A stretch of 64,000 nt of DNA, from assembly GCA_049969475.1 (NCBI GenBank), contig JBMFOU010000003.1, positions 84,256-148,255 of the forward strand. Direction: 5' to 3'. Numbering within the stretch: the stretch's first letter is position 1; every line of letters starts with the position of its first letter. The position numbers were made by a program, and so were the translations under genes. The DNA is from Bacteroidales bacterium. Lineage in GTDB: Bacteria; Bacteroidota; Bacteroidia; Bacteroidales; TTA-H9. The notes beneath the pieces were generated by a model. That model was given only the letters and a program-made list of their open reading frames with translations. It had not been told where the DNA came from and searched no databases. Of the stretch, positions 36,245 through 47,183 are shown piece by piece.

Positions 36245-39200
36245 GTGGATGCGTTGAAAACCTTACTAAGGACTGCGATTCTATTAACTCTACCACTGGC
36301 CGGCATAGTAAGTGCATGGTCGGGTAATGGACTGATAACAGGATTTCCCGAAAACACAAGAGGAAATCCTCCCGATACCATTAAACTCCGATATCCATTC
36401 AAAGACCGGCAGCTCTATCAGCCAGGCGATGTGCAGGAATCGAAACTTTACGGCCGTACGCCCAATAATATCAGTGTTCAAACGGAATACGACCCTGCTA
36501 CGGGAAACTACATCATGACAGAGAAAGCCGGAAACCTTATTACCAGGCCACCCGTGGTAATGGGCTTCGATGAATATCAACAATATGATGCTCAGCGGGC
36601 CCTGCGCTCCTATTGGAAAGAAAAATCGCTGGGCACCAAAGGAACAGGCAGTGATGGCATTATTCCTTCCATTTACATTGGGGGGCAGGCTTTCGATAAA
36701 ATTTTTGGAGGCAGTACGATCGATGTACGTCCTAATGGCTCGGCCGAACTCATTTTCGGCGTTCTGGCCAACCGCCGCGATGACCCCAGCCTCAACGAAA
36801 GACAACGCAAAACCGTAAATTTCGACTTCCAACAAAAAATTCAGATGAACGTAATCGCCAAGGTGGGCGATAAAATTGAGTTCAAGGCCAATTACAATAC
36901 CGAATCCTCTTTCGATTTCGAAAATAAAATTCAGCTGAAATACGAAGGGAAGGAAGATGAAATCATCAAACTACTGGAAGTAGGCAATGTGAATCTGCCA
37001 CTGAACTCCACCCTCATACAAGGTAGCCAAAGCCTTTTTGGGGTGAAAACCAAAATGCAGTTTGGTAGAACCACGGTGACCGCCGTTTTTTCGCAGCAAG
37101 AAAGCGAAACCAAAAATATTACGGTAGAAGGGGGAGCCCAGACCAGCACCTTCAGACTTACAGCCGACCAGTATGAAGAAAACCGACATTTCTTTCTTTC
37201 TCAGTATTTCCGGGACCAATACAACCGTGCCCTCGAAAAACTACCTATCATTCAGTCGAATATCAATATCACTAAAATCGAGGTCTGGATTACCAATATA
37301 GGCGCTGCCGTAACCGACAACCGTAACATTGTGGCTTTTCAGGATTTGGGAGAAAAGATTCCTTACAATAAAAACCTATCAACAACTATCGGGGCACCTG
37401 CTTATCCAGATAACAAGGTAAACAACCTGCTCACCTACCTCGACGTCAATCAGTTGCGCAACATTAATACAGCTTCCAACTATCTGAAGGCCAATGATTT
37501 TGTGGGAGGAATCGATTTTGAGAAAGTAGAAAATGCCCGTAAGTTATCGCCTTCGGAATACACCTTCAATCCCAAATTGGGTTTCATTTCTCTCAATACC
37601 AACCTTAATCCTGACCAGTCGCTGGCTGTAGCCTATCAATATACCGTTGTAGGCGACACCACGGTATATCAGGTAGGTGAATTCAGCGACGGAGGTGTAA
37701 GCGCACCCAATAGCCTGGTGGTGAAGCTCCTGAAGAGCACTGCCGTAAACACCCGTGTTCCTCTATGGAACCTGATGATGAAAAACGTTTATGCCATTGG
37801 TTCCTATGGTATCAATCGGCAAGACTTCATTCTCAATGTTTTATATTCCGGGGGGAGCAACGGAGTACCAACGGGCTATCTCACCGAAGGAAACATAGCC
37901 GGCGAACCGCTCATCAGGGTTCTAGGCATGGACAATCTGGACCCACAGCTAAACCCTCCGCCTGATGGCATATTCGACTTTATTGATAATGCAGCCACAC
38001 AAGGGGGAACCATCAACTCCAGCAATGGACGTGTGTATTTCCCTGTTATTGAACCTTTTGGCAAAGATCTACGAGAAAAAATTGGCGACGACAAACTGGC
38101 CGACAAATATTGCTACGACTCGCTCTATACCCTCACCAAAGTCGGGGCACAACAATACCCCGAAAAAAACAAATTCATCATCGAGGGCTTTTACAAATCG
38201 TCGGTGAGCAGTGAAATTTCTTTGAATGCTCTGAATGTACCGCAGGGGTCGGTCAGGGTAACCCACGGAGGGATTCCCCTGACAGAAAATGTGGATTATA
38301 CCGTAGACTACACGTTGGGAAGGGTAAAAATCATCAACGAAGCCTTGCTAAGCAGCGGTACGCCTATCAATATTTCGCTCGAGAGCAACACCATGTTCAG
38401 CATTCAGAGCAAGCGATATATGGGTGCGCATGTGGACTACGAGGTTAGCAAAGACTTCGTTCTGGGGGCCACTATCATCAATCTGGCCGAAAAGCCTCTG
38501 ACTCAGAAGACCATACTGGGCGAAGACCCCATCTCCAATACCATCTGGGGCCTCAATATGGCCTGGCAGGATGAATCGCAACTTTTAACGCGACTTTTGG
38601 ATAAGTTGCCGTTTTATTCCACCAATGTAGTTTCCAAGGTGGCTTTTACCGGAGAATTTGCGCACTTTATCCCCGGGCACAGTAGTGCAATTGGTTCCAC
38701 AGGAACTTCTTATATCGACGATTTTGAGGCAGCCAAATCGACTATTGACCTCCGCCTGCCTAACAACTGGTTTTTAGCCAGCACCCCCCAGGGACAGACC
38801 CAGCCGGGTATGTTCCCCGAAGCAGCTCTGGGAACCGGACTCGCTTATGGGTTTAATCGGGCAGGAATGAGCTGGTACATTATCGACCCTCTGTTTTACG
38901 ACCGCACAGGCAACGTCAGGCCCAAAAATATCACCAAAGACGAACTTTCGAAAAACACTGTCAGGCAGGTACTTGAAAACGAAGTTTTCCCGGCCAAGGA
39001 AATTCCCAACGGCGTTCCCACCAACATTGCCGTGTTGAATGTAGATTTTTATCCTGATCAGCGTGGACCTTACAATTATGATGTAGAAGGAATACCTGGT
39101 CTTTCCTACGGAATAAACCCTGATGGTACGCTAAAGAATCCCCGTTCGCGTTGGGGTGGCATGATGCGCAAAATAGAATCCACCGACTTTGAAGCCACCA

Positions 39201-42200
39201 ACGTGGAATACATAGAGTTCTGGATGATGGACCCCTTTGCCGATGACCCGGAAAACCCCGGAGGTGACCTTTACTTCAACCTGGGCGATATATCGGAAGA
39301 CATCTTGCGCGATGGACGTAAGAGTTTCGAAAACGGTTTGCCCATCGGCCCTGAGGTTACTGATGTAGATACCACCATTTGGGGGCGCGTGCCCCGCAAA
39401 CAGTCGCTGGTGAATGCCTTCGACAATGATCCTCAAACCCGACAATACCAGGACGTGGGCTACGACGGACTTTCGGATGAAGATGAGAGAAGCTTCTTCG
39501 AACAGGCTTACCTTCAGAAAATCATCAATCTCTATGGGGCAGGTTCTCAGGCTTATATTGATGCTTTTGAAGATCCATCGGGTGATAACTTCCGGTATTT
39601 TAGGGGAACAGGCATGGATCAGGACGACCGATTTAAAAGCATAACCGAACGTTACCGCCGATATCAGGGGCCTCAAGGGAACAGCCCTACTCCAGAGCAA
39701 TCGGGCGAACCTTTCTCAACCATGGCCACTACCCTCCCTAACACCGAAGATATCAATAATGACAATACCCTCTCGGAAGAAGAACGCTATTTCCAATACA
39801 AAATCGAATTGCGGCCCGATAAGATGAATGTGGGAGAAAACTACATTGCCGACATTTACTATGCCCGCGATATACCTCTGGAAAATGGACAGAGGGGCGC
39901 CGTAAAATGGTATCAATTCAAAATACCCATCAACGACCCCCAACTCATTGTCGGAGATATTCAGGACTTCAAGTCCATCCGGTTTATGCGTATGTTTTTC
40001 AAAAACTGGTCGAAATCGGTTACCACCCGCTTTGCTACCTTCGAACTAGTGAGGGGCGATTGGCGCCGCTACCGTTATGATTTGACCTCACCGGGCGAAT
40101 ATATCCCCAACGACGAGCAAAGCACCACTAAATTCGAGATTACTACAGTCAACATTGAGGAGAATGGCAGCAAATATCCCATTCCCTACGTAATACCACC
40201 AGGAATAGAGCGAGAAATTAATTACGGAGCCACTAACTATACCCGCCTCAATGAACAGGCCATGGTCCTCAGGGTGAGGGAACTGCAGGACGGAGATGCT
40301 CGGGCTGCTTATAAAACTACAGGATTCGATTTCCGGCAGTATGGAAGGCTGAAGATGTTTGTGCATGCTGAAGACCTCGACGCAGCTCACCCCAACCGCG
40401 ATGGAGACCTTACCATTTTCCTGCGCATGGGTGCCGACTTCAACCAAAACTATTACGAATACGAAATCCCCCTCAAATTCACGCCTTGGGGAACCTCTAC
40501 AGCCAATCCTGCCCTTATTTGGCCCGATGATAACAGCTTCGATATTGACCTAGAAAAACTGGTTCAAATAAAACTCGACCGTAATGTGGCCGTTCGAGAA
40601 GGCCAGATAGCCGGTGGAATCTACACCCCTTTTATTACTTACGACGGAAAAAATAAAATAACCATCGTGGGTACACCCAGCCTCAGCGACGTGAAGGCCA
40701 TTATGATAGGGGTTAGAAATCCCAAACGCCAGGCACTCACCGACCCCGACGATGGGCTTCCCAAAAGCGCCGAGATCTGGGTCAATGAGCTAAGGTTGAC
40801 CGATTTTAACAATAAATCGGGTTGGGCCGCTACGGGTCGTTTCACGGCCAATCTGGCCGACCTGGGCAATCTTTCGATGACTCTCTCGCATAGCACACCG
40901 GGATTTGGTAGCATCGAGAAAAAGGTAAATGAAAGGCAAAAAGAAACCATTACCTCCTTCGATTTTGCCACAAATCTGCAGCTTGGTAAATTCTTCCCCG
41001 AAAAATCGGGCGTCCGCGTTCCCATGCATTACGATTATTCGCAGACGGTGATGAGCCCGCAGTACAATCCGCTGGATCCTGATATCAAGTTGAAGGAAGA
41101 CCTGGCCACCTACCCACATGAAACAGAAAAAGACTCGCTACGCAAGCTGACAGAAGATTTCACCCAACGCAAGAACATCAGCTTCATGAACGTCCGCAAA
41201 GAAAGAGTGGGAGCCACTCGTTTGCCCCGGCCCTGGGATGTAGAAAACTTCGATATCTCCTACTCTTATAGCGAACTCAACCGCCGCAATATCGACATAG
41301 AGTACGACAACAAAAAAGCCTATCGGGGAGGCATTGGTTATAACTTTATGAACCAGCCTAAAAATTACAAACCCTTCGAACGCATCAGCTTTATAAGTAA
41401 AAGCAAGAATCTTCAACTTATCAAAGACTTCAATTTCTACCTGCTGCCCCGCATGTTCACTTTCCGTACCGACCTGAACCGGGAGTATACCGAACGAAAG
41501 CTCCGCAATAAGAGCCAGGCTCTGGTTATCATTGAACCCTCGTACATCAAATCGTACACATGGACGCGCATGTACGACTATAAACATGACCTTACCCAGG
41601 GACTGAAAGTTGAATTTAATGCCAACGCCAATGCTCTTATTGACGAACTTCCCGGAAGCGTTGACAAGGACGACTACGGGTATACTGTACAGGAAAAACG
41701 CGAACAAATCAGAAAACAGCTGCTGGGTCTCGGCACTATGAACCAGTATAATCAGGTGCTCAATGTTAACTATAACATTCCCATCAACAAATTACCCTTA
41801 CTGGATTTTCTGACGGCCACAGCACGCTATCAAGGAACCTACAACTGGACGGCTACTCCACGCTCGATTCAGGCCACTATGGGGAATAAGGCAGAAAACA
41901 GTAATTCATTGCAATTTAATGGTAACGTAAGATTTACAACGCTATACAACCGTGTACCCTATTTCAAGCGGGTGCTGGCCACCATGCAGCCTACCCGCAG
42001 AGGCGGCCCCCGTCCCCAAACCCCTCAGCGAAATCAGCCTCAAACCCAGGCTAAAGCCGATACAGCGCAAAAAACCAAACCTAAAATCAACTACTTCCAG
42101 AAAGGAGCCGAAGCCCTTGTGAAAATAGCGCTGGGATTGAAAGATGGTTCTCTTTCGTACACTGAATCGAATGGAACCTTGTTACCCGGCTTCAAACCAA

Positions 42201-43480
42201 CACCCGGCTTTATTGGCAACGACATGAATCTTAATGCACCTGGATTGGGGTTCGTATTTGGGAGCCAGAGCGATATACGATACCGGGCTGCAGCCAACGG
42301 ATGGCTCACTGATGACTCGCTCTTCAACATGGCTTATGCTACCCAACACACTACTACGCTCAATGCCAGGGCTACTTACGAACCATTCCGCGACTTCAGG
42401 GTAGAACTGACGGCCAACCGCACCTTTGCCCGCAACCATCAGGAATACTTCAAAGTAATAGATGGCACTTACAATTCCTTCTCTCCGGTCGAATCGGGAA
42501 GCTTCTCCATCAGCTACATCACCATTGGAACCGCCTTTAAAACCACCGATGCAAATTTCAATTCCCAACCTTTCGACCAGATGAAGGGAATGCGCCGTGA
42601 AATAGCCTTACGCCTGGCAGAACAGAATCCCAACTGGGCAGCCAATCCCCAGTTTAACGATACTACCGGATTCCCTGTCGGCTACGGGCCCACATCTCAG
42701 GAGGTACTGCACTATTCTTTCCTGGCAGCCTATAGCGGCAAATCTGCCGGTCAAATCAAACTCAACCCCTTCCCCTCTATTCCTCTGCCTAACTGGAGAA
42801 TTACTTACAAGGGGCTCTCAAACCTGGAATGGGTGAAAAAATATTTCCGGGAGTTTACCCTGTCCCATGGATACCGTTCCACTTATAATGTGGGCAATTT
42901 TTCAACCAATATTCTTTACCGCGAAAACCAAGGATTCCCTGTTGCGCTCGACGACATAAACAACTTTATTCCCCAATACCAGATCTCGCAGGTAGCCATT
43001 ACCGAGCAATTCGTGCCTCTTTTTGGCATCGACATGACCTGGAACAATAACATTCTGTCGAAGCTTGAGTTTAAACGTAGCCGCAACCTGGCCATTAGTT
43101 TTGCAAATAATCAACTTACCGAAATTGGCAGCAAGGAATTCGTAATCGGCATAGGTTACAGGTTTAAAGATGTGGAGCTGGTGATGAGAGGTGCCGGCGG
43201 AGGCCCTTCGCAGCGTTTCAAAAGCGACCTCAACCTGCGGGCCGATATATCCATAAAAGACAATAAAACCATTCTGCGCAGAATCTATGAAGATATAAAT
43301 CAGATTTCATCGGGCCAGAAAATGGCTCAGATAAACCTCTCGGCCGACTATCAGCTTAACGAGCGCCTCACCATGCGGTTATTCTTCGATAAAGTCATTA
43401 CCAATCCCTACGTATCAAACCAATATTCATCGAGCACCACCAATGGAGGTTTGAGTCTGAGGTTTACGCTTGCGCAATAA
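36245..43480 (+). CDS. sprA: T9SS translocon / cell-surface protein SprA (Sov family)
   Basis: 2411 aa with a GTG start 8 nt after the ruvA stop and a signal-peptide-like N-terminus. The size, position after ruvA and sequence character (a giant beta-barrel protein ending ...GGLSLRFTLAQ) fit SprA. Confidence 0.92.
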   Translation: MDALKTLLRTAILLTLPLAGIVSAWSGNGLITGFPENTRGNPPDTIKLRYPFKDRQLYQPGDVQESKLYGRTPNNISVQTEYDPATGNYIMTEKAGNLITRPPVVMGFDEYQQYDAQRALRSYWKEKSLGTKGTGSDGIIPSIYIGGQAFDKIFGGSTIDVRPNGSAELIFGVLANRRDDPSLNERQRKTVNFDFQQKIQMNVIAKVGDKIEFKANYNTESSFDFENKIQLKYEGKEDEIIKLLEVGNVNLPLNSTLIQGSQSLFGVKTKMQFGRTTVTAVFSQQESETKNITVEGGAQTSTFRLTADQYEENRHFFLSQYFRDQYNRALEKLPIIQSNINITKIEVWITNIGAAVTDNRNIVAFQDLGEKIPYNKNLSTTIGAPAYPDNKVNNLLTYLDVNQLRNINTASNYLKANDFVGGIDFEKVENARKLSPSEYTFNPKLGFISLNTNLNPDQSLAVAYQYTVVGDTTVYQVGEFSDGGVSAPNSLVVKLLKSTAVNTRVPLWNLMMKNVYAIGSYGINRQDFILNVLYSGGSNGVPTGYLTEGNIAGEPLIRVLGMDNLDPQLNPPPDGIFDFIDNAATQGGTINSSNGRVYFPVIEPFGKDLREKIGDDKLADKYCYDSLYTLTKVGAQQYPEKNKFIIEGFYKSSVSSEISLNALNVPQGSVRVTHGGIPLTENVDYTVDYTLGRVKIINEALLSSGTPINISLESNTMFSIQSKRYMGAHVDYEVSKDFVLGATIINLAEKPLTQKTILGEDPISNTIWGLNMAWQDESQLLTRLLDKLPFYSTNVVSKVAFTGEFAHFIPGHSSAIGSTGTSYIDDFEAAKSTIDLRLPNNWFLASTPQGQTQPGMFPEAALGTGLAYGFNRAGMSWYIIDPLFYDRTGNVRPKNITKDELSKNTVRQVLENEVFPAKEIPNGVPTNIAVLNVDFYPDQRGPYNYDVEGIPGLSYGINPDGTLKNPRSRWGGMMRKIESTDFEATNVEYIEFWMMDPFADDPENPGGDLYFNLGDISEDILRDGRKSFENGLPIGPEVTDVDTTIWGRVPRKQSLVNAFDNDPQTRQYQDVGYDGLSDEDERSFFEQAYLQKIINLYGAGSQAYIDAFEDPSGDNFRYFRGTGMDQDDRFKSITERYRRYQGPQGNSPTPEQSGEPFSTMATTLPNTEDINNDNTLSEEERYFQYKIELRPDKMNVGENYIADIYYARDIPLENGQRGAVKWYQFKIPINDPQLIVGDIQDFKSIRFMRMFFKNWSKSVTTRFATFELVRGDWRRYRYDLTSPGEYIPNDEQSTTKFEITTVNIEENGSKYPIPYVIPPGIEREINYGATNYTRLNEQAMVLRVRELQDGDARAAYKTTGFDFRQYGRLKMFVHAEDLDAAHPNRDGDLTIFLRMGADFNQNYYEYEIPLKFTPWGTSTANPALIWPDDNSFDIDLEKLVQIKLDRNVAVREGQIAGGIYTPFITYDGKNKITIVGTPSLSDVKAIMIGVRNPKRQALTDPDDGLPKSAEIWVNELRLTDFNNKSGWAATGRFTANLADLGNLSMTLSHSTPGFGSIEKKVNERQKETITSFDFATNLQLGKFFPEKSGVRVPMHYDYSQTVMSPQYNPLDPDIKLKEDLATYPHETEKDSLRKLTEDFTQRKNISFMNVRKERVGATRLPRPWDVENFDISYSYSELNRRNIDIEYDNKKAYRGGIGYNFMNQPKNYKPFERISFISKSKNLQLIKDFNFYLLPRMFTFRTDLNREYTERKLRNKSQALVIIEPSYIKSYTWTRMYDYKHDLTQGLKVEFNANANALIDELPGSVDKDDYGYTVQEKREQIRKQLLGLGTMNQYNQVLNVNYNIPINKLPLLDFLTATARYQGTYNWTATPRSIQATMGNKAENSNSLQFNGNVRFTTLYNRVPYFKRVLATMQPTRRGGPRPQTPQRNQPQTQAKADTAQKTKPKINYFQKGAEALVKIALGLKDGSLSYTESNGTLLPGFKPTPGFIGNDMNLNAPGLGFVFGSQSDIRYRAAANGWLTDDSLFNMAYATQHTTTLNARATYEPFRDFRVELTANRTFARNHQEYFKVIDGTYNSFSPVESGSFSISYITIGTAFKTTDANFNSQPFDQMKGMRREIALRLAEQNPNWAANPQFNDTTGFPVGYGPTSQEVLHYSFLAAYSGKSAGQIKLNPFPSIPLPNWRITYKGLSNLEWVKKYFREFTLSHGYRSTYNVGNFSTNILYRENQGFPVALDDINNFIPQYQISQVAITEQFVPLFGIDMTWNNNILSKLEFKRSRNLAISFANNQLTEIGSKEFVIGIGYRFKDVELVMRGAGGGPSQRFKSDLNLRADISIKDNKTILRRIYEDINQISSGQKMAQINLSADYQLNERLTMRLFFDKVITNPYVSNQYSSSTTNGGLSLRFTLAQ

Positions 43481-43490
43481 AATTTTAGGT

Positions 43491-43538
43491 TAGCTGTTGG
43501 CTTGTCCTTTTCAGAGAATCAATGGCAGCCAACAGCTA
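43491..43538. terminator. 12-bp-stem hairpin between convergent sprA and the kinase-like gene
   Basis: TAGCTGTTGGCT (43491-43502) pairs with AGCCAACAGCTA (43527-43538) around a 24-nt loop. There is no clear U-tract, so terminator function is uncertain. Confidence 0.45.
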
Positions 43539-43545
43539 TGGACCC

Positions 43546-44103
43546 TCACAAACCTAGTTCTTTTAGCACTTGCTCTACTTTCTCGTAAAGTTCTTCAATA
43601 GAGCCATCATTCTGAAAGCGAAAATCGGCCAGGGCAAAGCAGGCGGCCAGGTTCTGATGGTTGGGGTCAGTGGATTTCATTTCACGGGCTTCGTTTTCCA
43701 GAAACTCTTCGTAATTAATCTGGTCTGTTTCGCTGTTGCGGGAGAGAATTCGCTGATAGCGCAAAACAGGAGAAGCATCAACGGCGAATAGTATGAATTC
43801 GCCTTTTTTTCTGAGCGACGCAACCTCACCGGGAGTTCTGATACTTTCAATTACAGCATTTTTACCCACCTGCAGGGCTTCATCATAAAGACAATCAACG
43901 ATATAAGAAGGTCCATACTGGTTACGCAGCCTGTTGGCTAATATCACATATTGGTCGCGATTGGGTTGAAGGCCTTGTTCGAGTATAATTTGCTTGAGGA
44001 AGTCTCTAACCGAAAAATGAGCAAAATGCTTTTGATTCACAAGGTATTCCACAATGGTTCCCTTTCCGGCTCCCAGGGTACCGGTAATGCCAATAATTTT
44101 CAT
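43546..44103 (-). CDS. P-loop nucleotide/nucleoside kinase-like protein
   Basis: Walker A motif GITGTLGAGKGT at the N-terminus; 185 aa. ATGA overlap with the upstream LOG gene. Confidence 0.7.
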   Translation of the reverse strand: MKIIGITGTLGAGKGTIVEYLVNQKHFAHFSVRDFLKQIILEQGLQPNRDQYVILANRLRNQYGPSYIVDCLYDEALQVGKNAVIESIRTPGEVASLRKKGEFILFAVDASPVLRYQRILSRNSETDQINYEEFLENEAREMKSTDPNHQNLAACFALADFRFQNDGSIEELYEKVEQVLKELGL

Positions 44104-44723
44104 CGGGTAGCCAGTTTATGGTTGGTATCATCTATCAGTTCTTCCACCCATTTAGAATGCGGATGAAGTAGGGGTTCGGTAAGAAAGCGATCGATAAGGC
44201 GAGCCGGGTCGGTATCAACCCACAGATTTTGCCGGTGTTCGGGCCTTATAAAACCCTCCTCAGTACCCCGGTCGAGGAATTTCAACAAGGCGTCAAAATA
44301 ACCTTCAACATTCAGCAGGCCTATGGGTTTATCACTGTAAACACCCAACTGCAGCCATGAAAGGGCTTCGAACAACTCGTCGAGCGTGCCTATGCCACCT
44401 GGCAAAACGATGAAGGCATCTGACAGTTGTCCCATGAGTGATTTACGCTCAGCCATGGAATCGCAGGTAATCACCTTGGTTAAGCTCTGGTGAAGAATTT
44501 CGCGGCTGGCCAATAGCTCCGGCATAATACCCGTAACCTTACCTCCATTCTCGAGGCAAGCATCTGCCAAAACCCGCATGGTGCCAATATTGCTGCCTCC
44601 GTAAATAAGCCCGATGTTTCGTCGGGCCAATTCACAACCCAACTCTTCAGCCACCCGGGCAAAAATGGGACGCTTACCCATGCTTGACCCGCAGAAAACA
44701 CATATACTGCCAATACGCCGCAT
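44100..44723 (-). CDS. LOG-family (TIGR00730) nucleotide 5'-monophosphate nucleosidase
   Basis: PGGIGTLDELFE signature and the GLIYGGSNIGTM motif; 207 aa. Confidence 0.88.
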   Translation of the reverse strand: MRRIGSICVFCGSSMGKRPIFARVAEELGCELARRNIGLIYGGSNIGTMRVLADACLENGGKVTGIMPELLASREILHQSLTKVITCDSMAERKSLMGQLSDAFIVLPGGIGTLDELFEALSWLQLGVYSDKPIGLLNVEGYFDALLKFLDRGTEEGFIRPEHRQNLWVDTDPARLIDRFLTEPLLHPHSKWVEELIDDTNHKLATR

Positions 44724-44741
44724 GTTTCTAAATTAGAGCGG

Positions 44742-44749
44742 CAAATGTA
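44742..44749 (-). promoter_or_regulatory. -7 box candidate for the LOG-kinase operon
   Basis: The - strand reads TACATTTG, 19 nt upstream of the ATG at 44723. Confidence 0.35.
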
Positions 44750-44809
44750 GAAAAAAGAAACTTATCCGTGGCCTTGCGCGCCGCCCTGCCCTTTTTAGGT
44801 TTTTGATTT

Positions 44810-44817
44810 TATCTTTG
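44810..44817 (+). promoter_or_regulatory. -7 box candidate for manA
   Basis: TATCTTTG overlaps the GTG (44817) that the ORF track uses as the start. This supports the ATG at 44835 as the true start. Confidence 0.4.
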
Positions 44818-44834
44818 TGGGCAAAAGTTTGGTC

Positions 44835-45818
44835 ATGCATTCCATTTATCCTTTAAAATTTAAACCCATTTACCTGGATAAGATCTGGGGGGGACATCGT
44901 ATTAAAACCATACTGGGGCACGATTATGGAAATCTGCCTAATTGTGGGGAAGCCTGGCTCATCTCAGGCTATAAAGACATGAACACCGAGGTGGTCAATG
45001 GATTTTTGGCGGGCAACGAACTTAACGAGCTCGTAGAAATCTACATGGACGAACTGGTAGGAGAAAAAATCTACGAAAAATACGAAAACGAATTCCCTAT
45101 TCTTGTAAAAATCATAGATGCAGCCGATTGGCTGAGTGTTCAGGTACACCCTGACGACGAGTTGGCCATTGCCCGGGGCATGCGGGGGGGAAAAACCGAG
45201 ATGTGGTACATCCTGGATGCAGAACCTGGTGCTCAGTTAATTTCGGGTTTTTCGCGCAATACCTCCCGGTTTGAATATCAATCGTTGCTGAAGCAAAAAA
45301 GACTGCCAGAAATTCTCAATTACGAAACCGTACATCCCGGAGATGTTTTCTTTATGCCGGCAGGACGCATTCATGCGCTAGGCCCTGGAGTACTGCTCAC
45401 CGAAATACAGCAAACCAGCGACACGACTTATCGCATTTACGACTGGGATCGGGTAGACGCCCAGGGAAAATCGCGTGAGCTTCACCTAGAAGAAGCCCTC
45501 GATGCCATCGATTATAATGCCTACCCTGAATACAAATCGCGTTACAACGTGATTCCCAATGCCACTTCGCACCTGGTCAAATGCCCCTATTTCAACACCA
45601 ATCTCCTGAAACTTGACAAAGCCATCGAGAAGGACTATGGATATATTGATTCATTCATTATACTGGTGGCAACCGAGGGAATTTGTGAAGTTTCTACAGC
45701 CCAGGGAACAGAAACTCTCCGGGCTGGCGAAGCACTCCTTTTGCCTGCTATCACAGAAACCACAAACTTTCGTCCTTTAGTCCCCTGTGCTTTGCTTGAA
45801 ACTTATATCGACTTATAA
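44835..45818 (+). CDS. manA: Type I phosphomannose isomerase
   Basis: N-terminal YPLKFKPIYLDKIWGG, plus LSVQVHPDD and PAGRIHALGPG metal-binding motifs. Confidence 0.85.
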   Translation: MHSIYPLKFKPIYLDKIWGGHRIKTILGHDYGNLPNCGEAWLISGYKDMNTEVVNGFLAGNELNELVEIYMDELVGEKIYEKYENEFPILVKIIDAADWLSVQVHPDDELAIARGMRGGKTEMWYILDAEPGAQLISGFSRNTSRFEYQSLLKQKRLPEILNYETVHPGDVFFMPAGRIHALGPGVLLTEIQQTSDTTYRIYDWDRVDAQGKSRELHLEEALDAIDYNAYPEYKSRYNVIPNATSHLVKCPYFNTNLLKLDKAIEKDYGYIDSFIILVATEGICEVSTAQGTETLRAGEALLLPAITETTNFRPLVPCALLETYIDL

Positions 45819-45858
45819 GAAGTTTGCCATGCTGAAACCTCCTCAACCGCAATTGTGC

Positions 45859-45866
45859 TAATTTTG
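45859..45866 (+). promoter_or_regulatory. -7 box candidate for fbaA
   Basis: TAATTTTG (TAnnTTTG) lies 45 nt upstream of the ATG at 45911. Confidence 0.35.
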
Positions 45867-45910
45867 CAGAAAAATCAATTCATAGTATAAAACCTAACAC
45901 CCTCAAAAAC

Positions 45911-46990
45911 ATGGCTGAAAAAATCCTAGACAAAGTAAAACCCGGAGTTGCCACGGGTAAAGACGTAAGTGAAATTTTCCGTATCGCCAAGGCTGAAGGT
46001 TTCGCTCTGCCTGCAGTTAATGTAGTAAGCTCGCACACCATCATAGCTGCGTTGGAAGCAGCGCGGGAAGTCAACTCGCCTATTATCATTCAGTTCTCTA
46101 ATGGAGGTGCTGCTTTTCTGGCCGGAAAAGGTCTTTCCAACGAAGGCGAAAAAGCTGCTGTTGCCGGAGCCATCATCGGTGCCAAATATGTCTGGCATCT
46201 GGCCGAACTTTACGGTGTTCCTGTAATTCTTCATACCGACCACGCAGCCAAAAAACTGCTTCCCTGGGTAGATGGTATGCTTGCTGCCGGAGAAGAACAC
46301 TTTAAAAAATACGGCAAGCCCCTCTTTAGCTCACACATGCTCGACCTTTCAGAAGAACCGCTCGAAGAGAATATCGCACTTTGCGAGAAATACCTCGAAC
46401 GCATGAGCCGCATGGGCATGACCCTCGAAATTGAACTTGGCGTTACGGGTGGAGAAGAAGACGGTGTGGACAACACCGGAGTGGAAAACTCCAGGCTTTA
46501 CACCCAGCCCGCAGAAGTGGCTTATGCTTATGAAAGGTTAAGCAAAATCAGTCCCAACTTTACTATTGCTGCTTCTTTTGGAAACGTTCATGGCGTATAT
46601 GCTCCTGGTAATGTTGTACTTAAGCCTATTATTTTGAACAACAGCCAGAAATATATCGAAGAACATCTGCATACCGGTCCCAAACCCGTAAACTTTGTCT
46701 TCCATGGCGGTTCGGGCTCAAGCCTCGAAGATATCCGCGAAGCTATCAGCTACGGCGTCATCAAAATGAATATTGACACCGACACCCAGTGGGCCCAGTG
46801 GAGCGGTATCCTCGAATACTACAAGAAATACAGTGGCTATCTACAAAGCCAGATTGGCAATCCTGAAGGTGCGGACAAACCCAACAAAAAATATTACGAT
46901 CCTCGCAAATGGATGCGCGAAGCTGAAGTTTCCATGAAAAATCGCCTGAAACAAGCCTTCTCCGATCTTAATGCATTGGATCGCAACTAA
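45911..46990 (+). CDS. fbaA: Class II fructose-bisphosphate aldolase
   Basis: 359 aa with LPAVNVVSS, ILHTDHA and FVFHGGSGS motifs of class IIa FBA. Confidence 0.95.
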   Translation: MAEKILDKVKPGVATGKDVSEIFRIAKAEGFALPAVNVVSSHTIIAALEAAREVNSPIIIQFSNGGAAFLAGKGLSNEGEKAAVAGAIIGAKYVWHLAELYGVPVILHTDHAAKKLLPWVDGMLAAGEEHFKKYGKPLFSSHMLDLSEEPLEENIALCEKYLERMSRMGMTLEIELGVTGGEEDGVDNTGVENSRLYTQPAEVAYAYERLSKISPNFTIAASFGNVHGVYAPGNVVLKPIILNNSQKYIEEHLHTGPKPVNFVFHGGSGSSLEDIREAISYGVIKMNIDTDTQWAQWSGILEYYKKYSGYLQSQIGNPEGADKPNKKYYDPRKWMREAEVSMKNRLKQAFSDLNALDRN

Positions 46991-47066
46991 TTAAGGCTTC
47001 CCATTTTTTTCTTCCCAACTTTAAAATAGGGAAGAATAAAACATTTTCCTCAAGACCCTTAACCCC

Positions 47067-47120
47067 AAAACTCCTCTTACCGAATAAAAGATAATGAGGA
47101 GTTTTAACTTTTTTGTTTTG
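47067..47120 (+). terminator. Intrinsic terminator downstream of fbaA
   Basis: 10-bp stem AAAACTCCTC (47067-47076) / GAGGAGTTTT (47096-47105), followed by AACTTTTTTGTTTTG. Confidence 0.55.
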
Positions 47121-47183
47121 TAAATATTGAGAAAATGAGTATCTTTATCGCGATAAAATATATTACCTGCAATAAAAACGCCC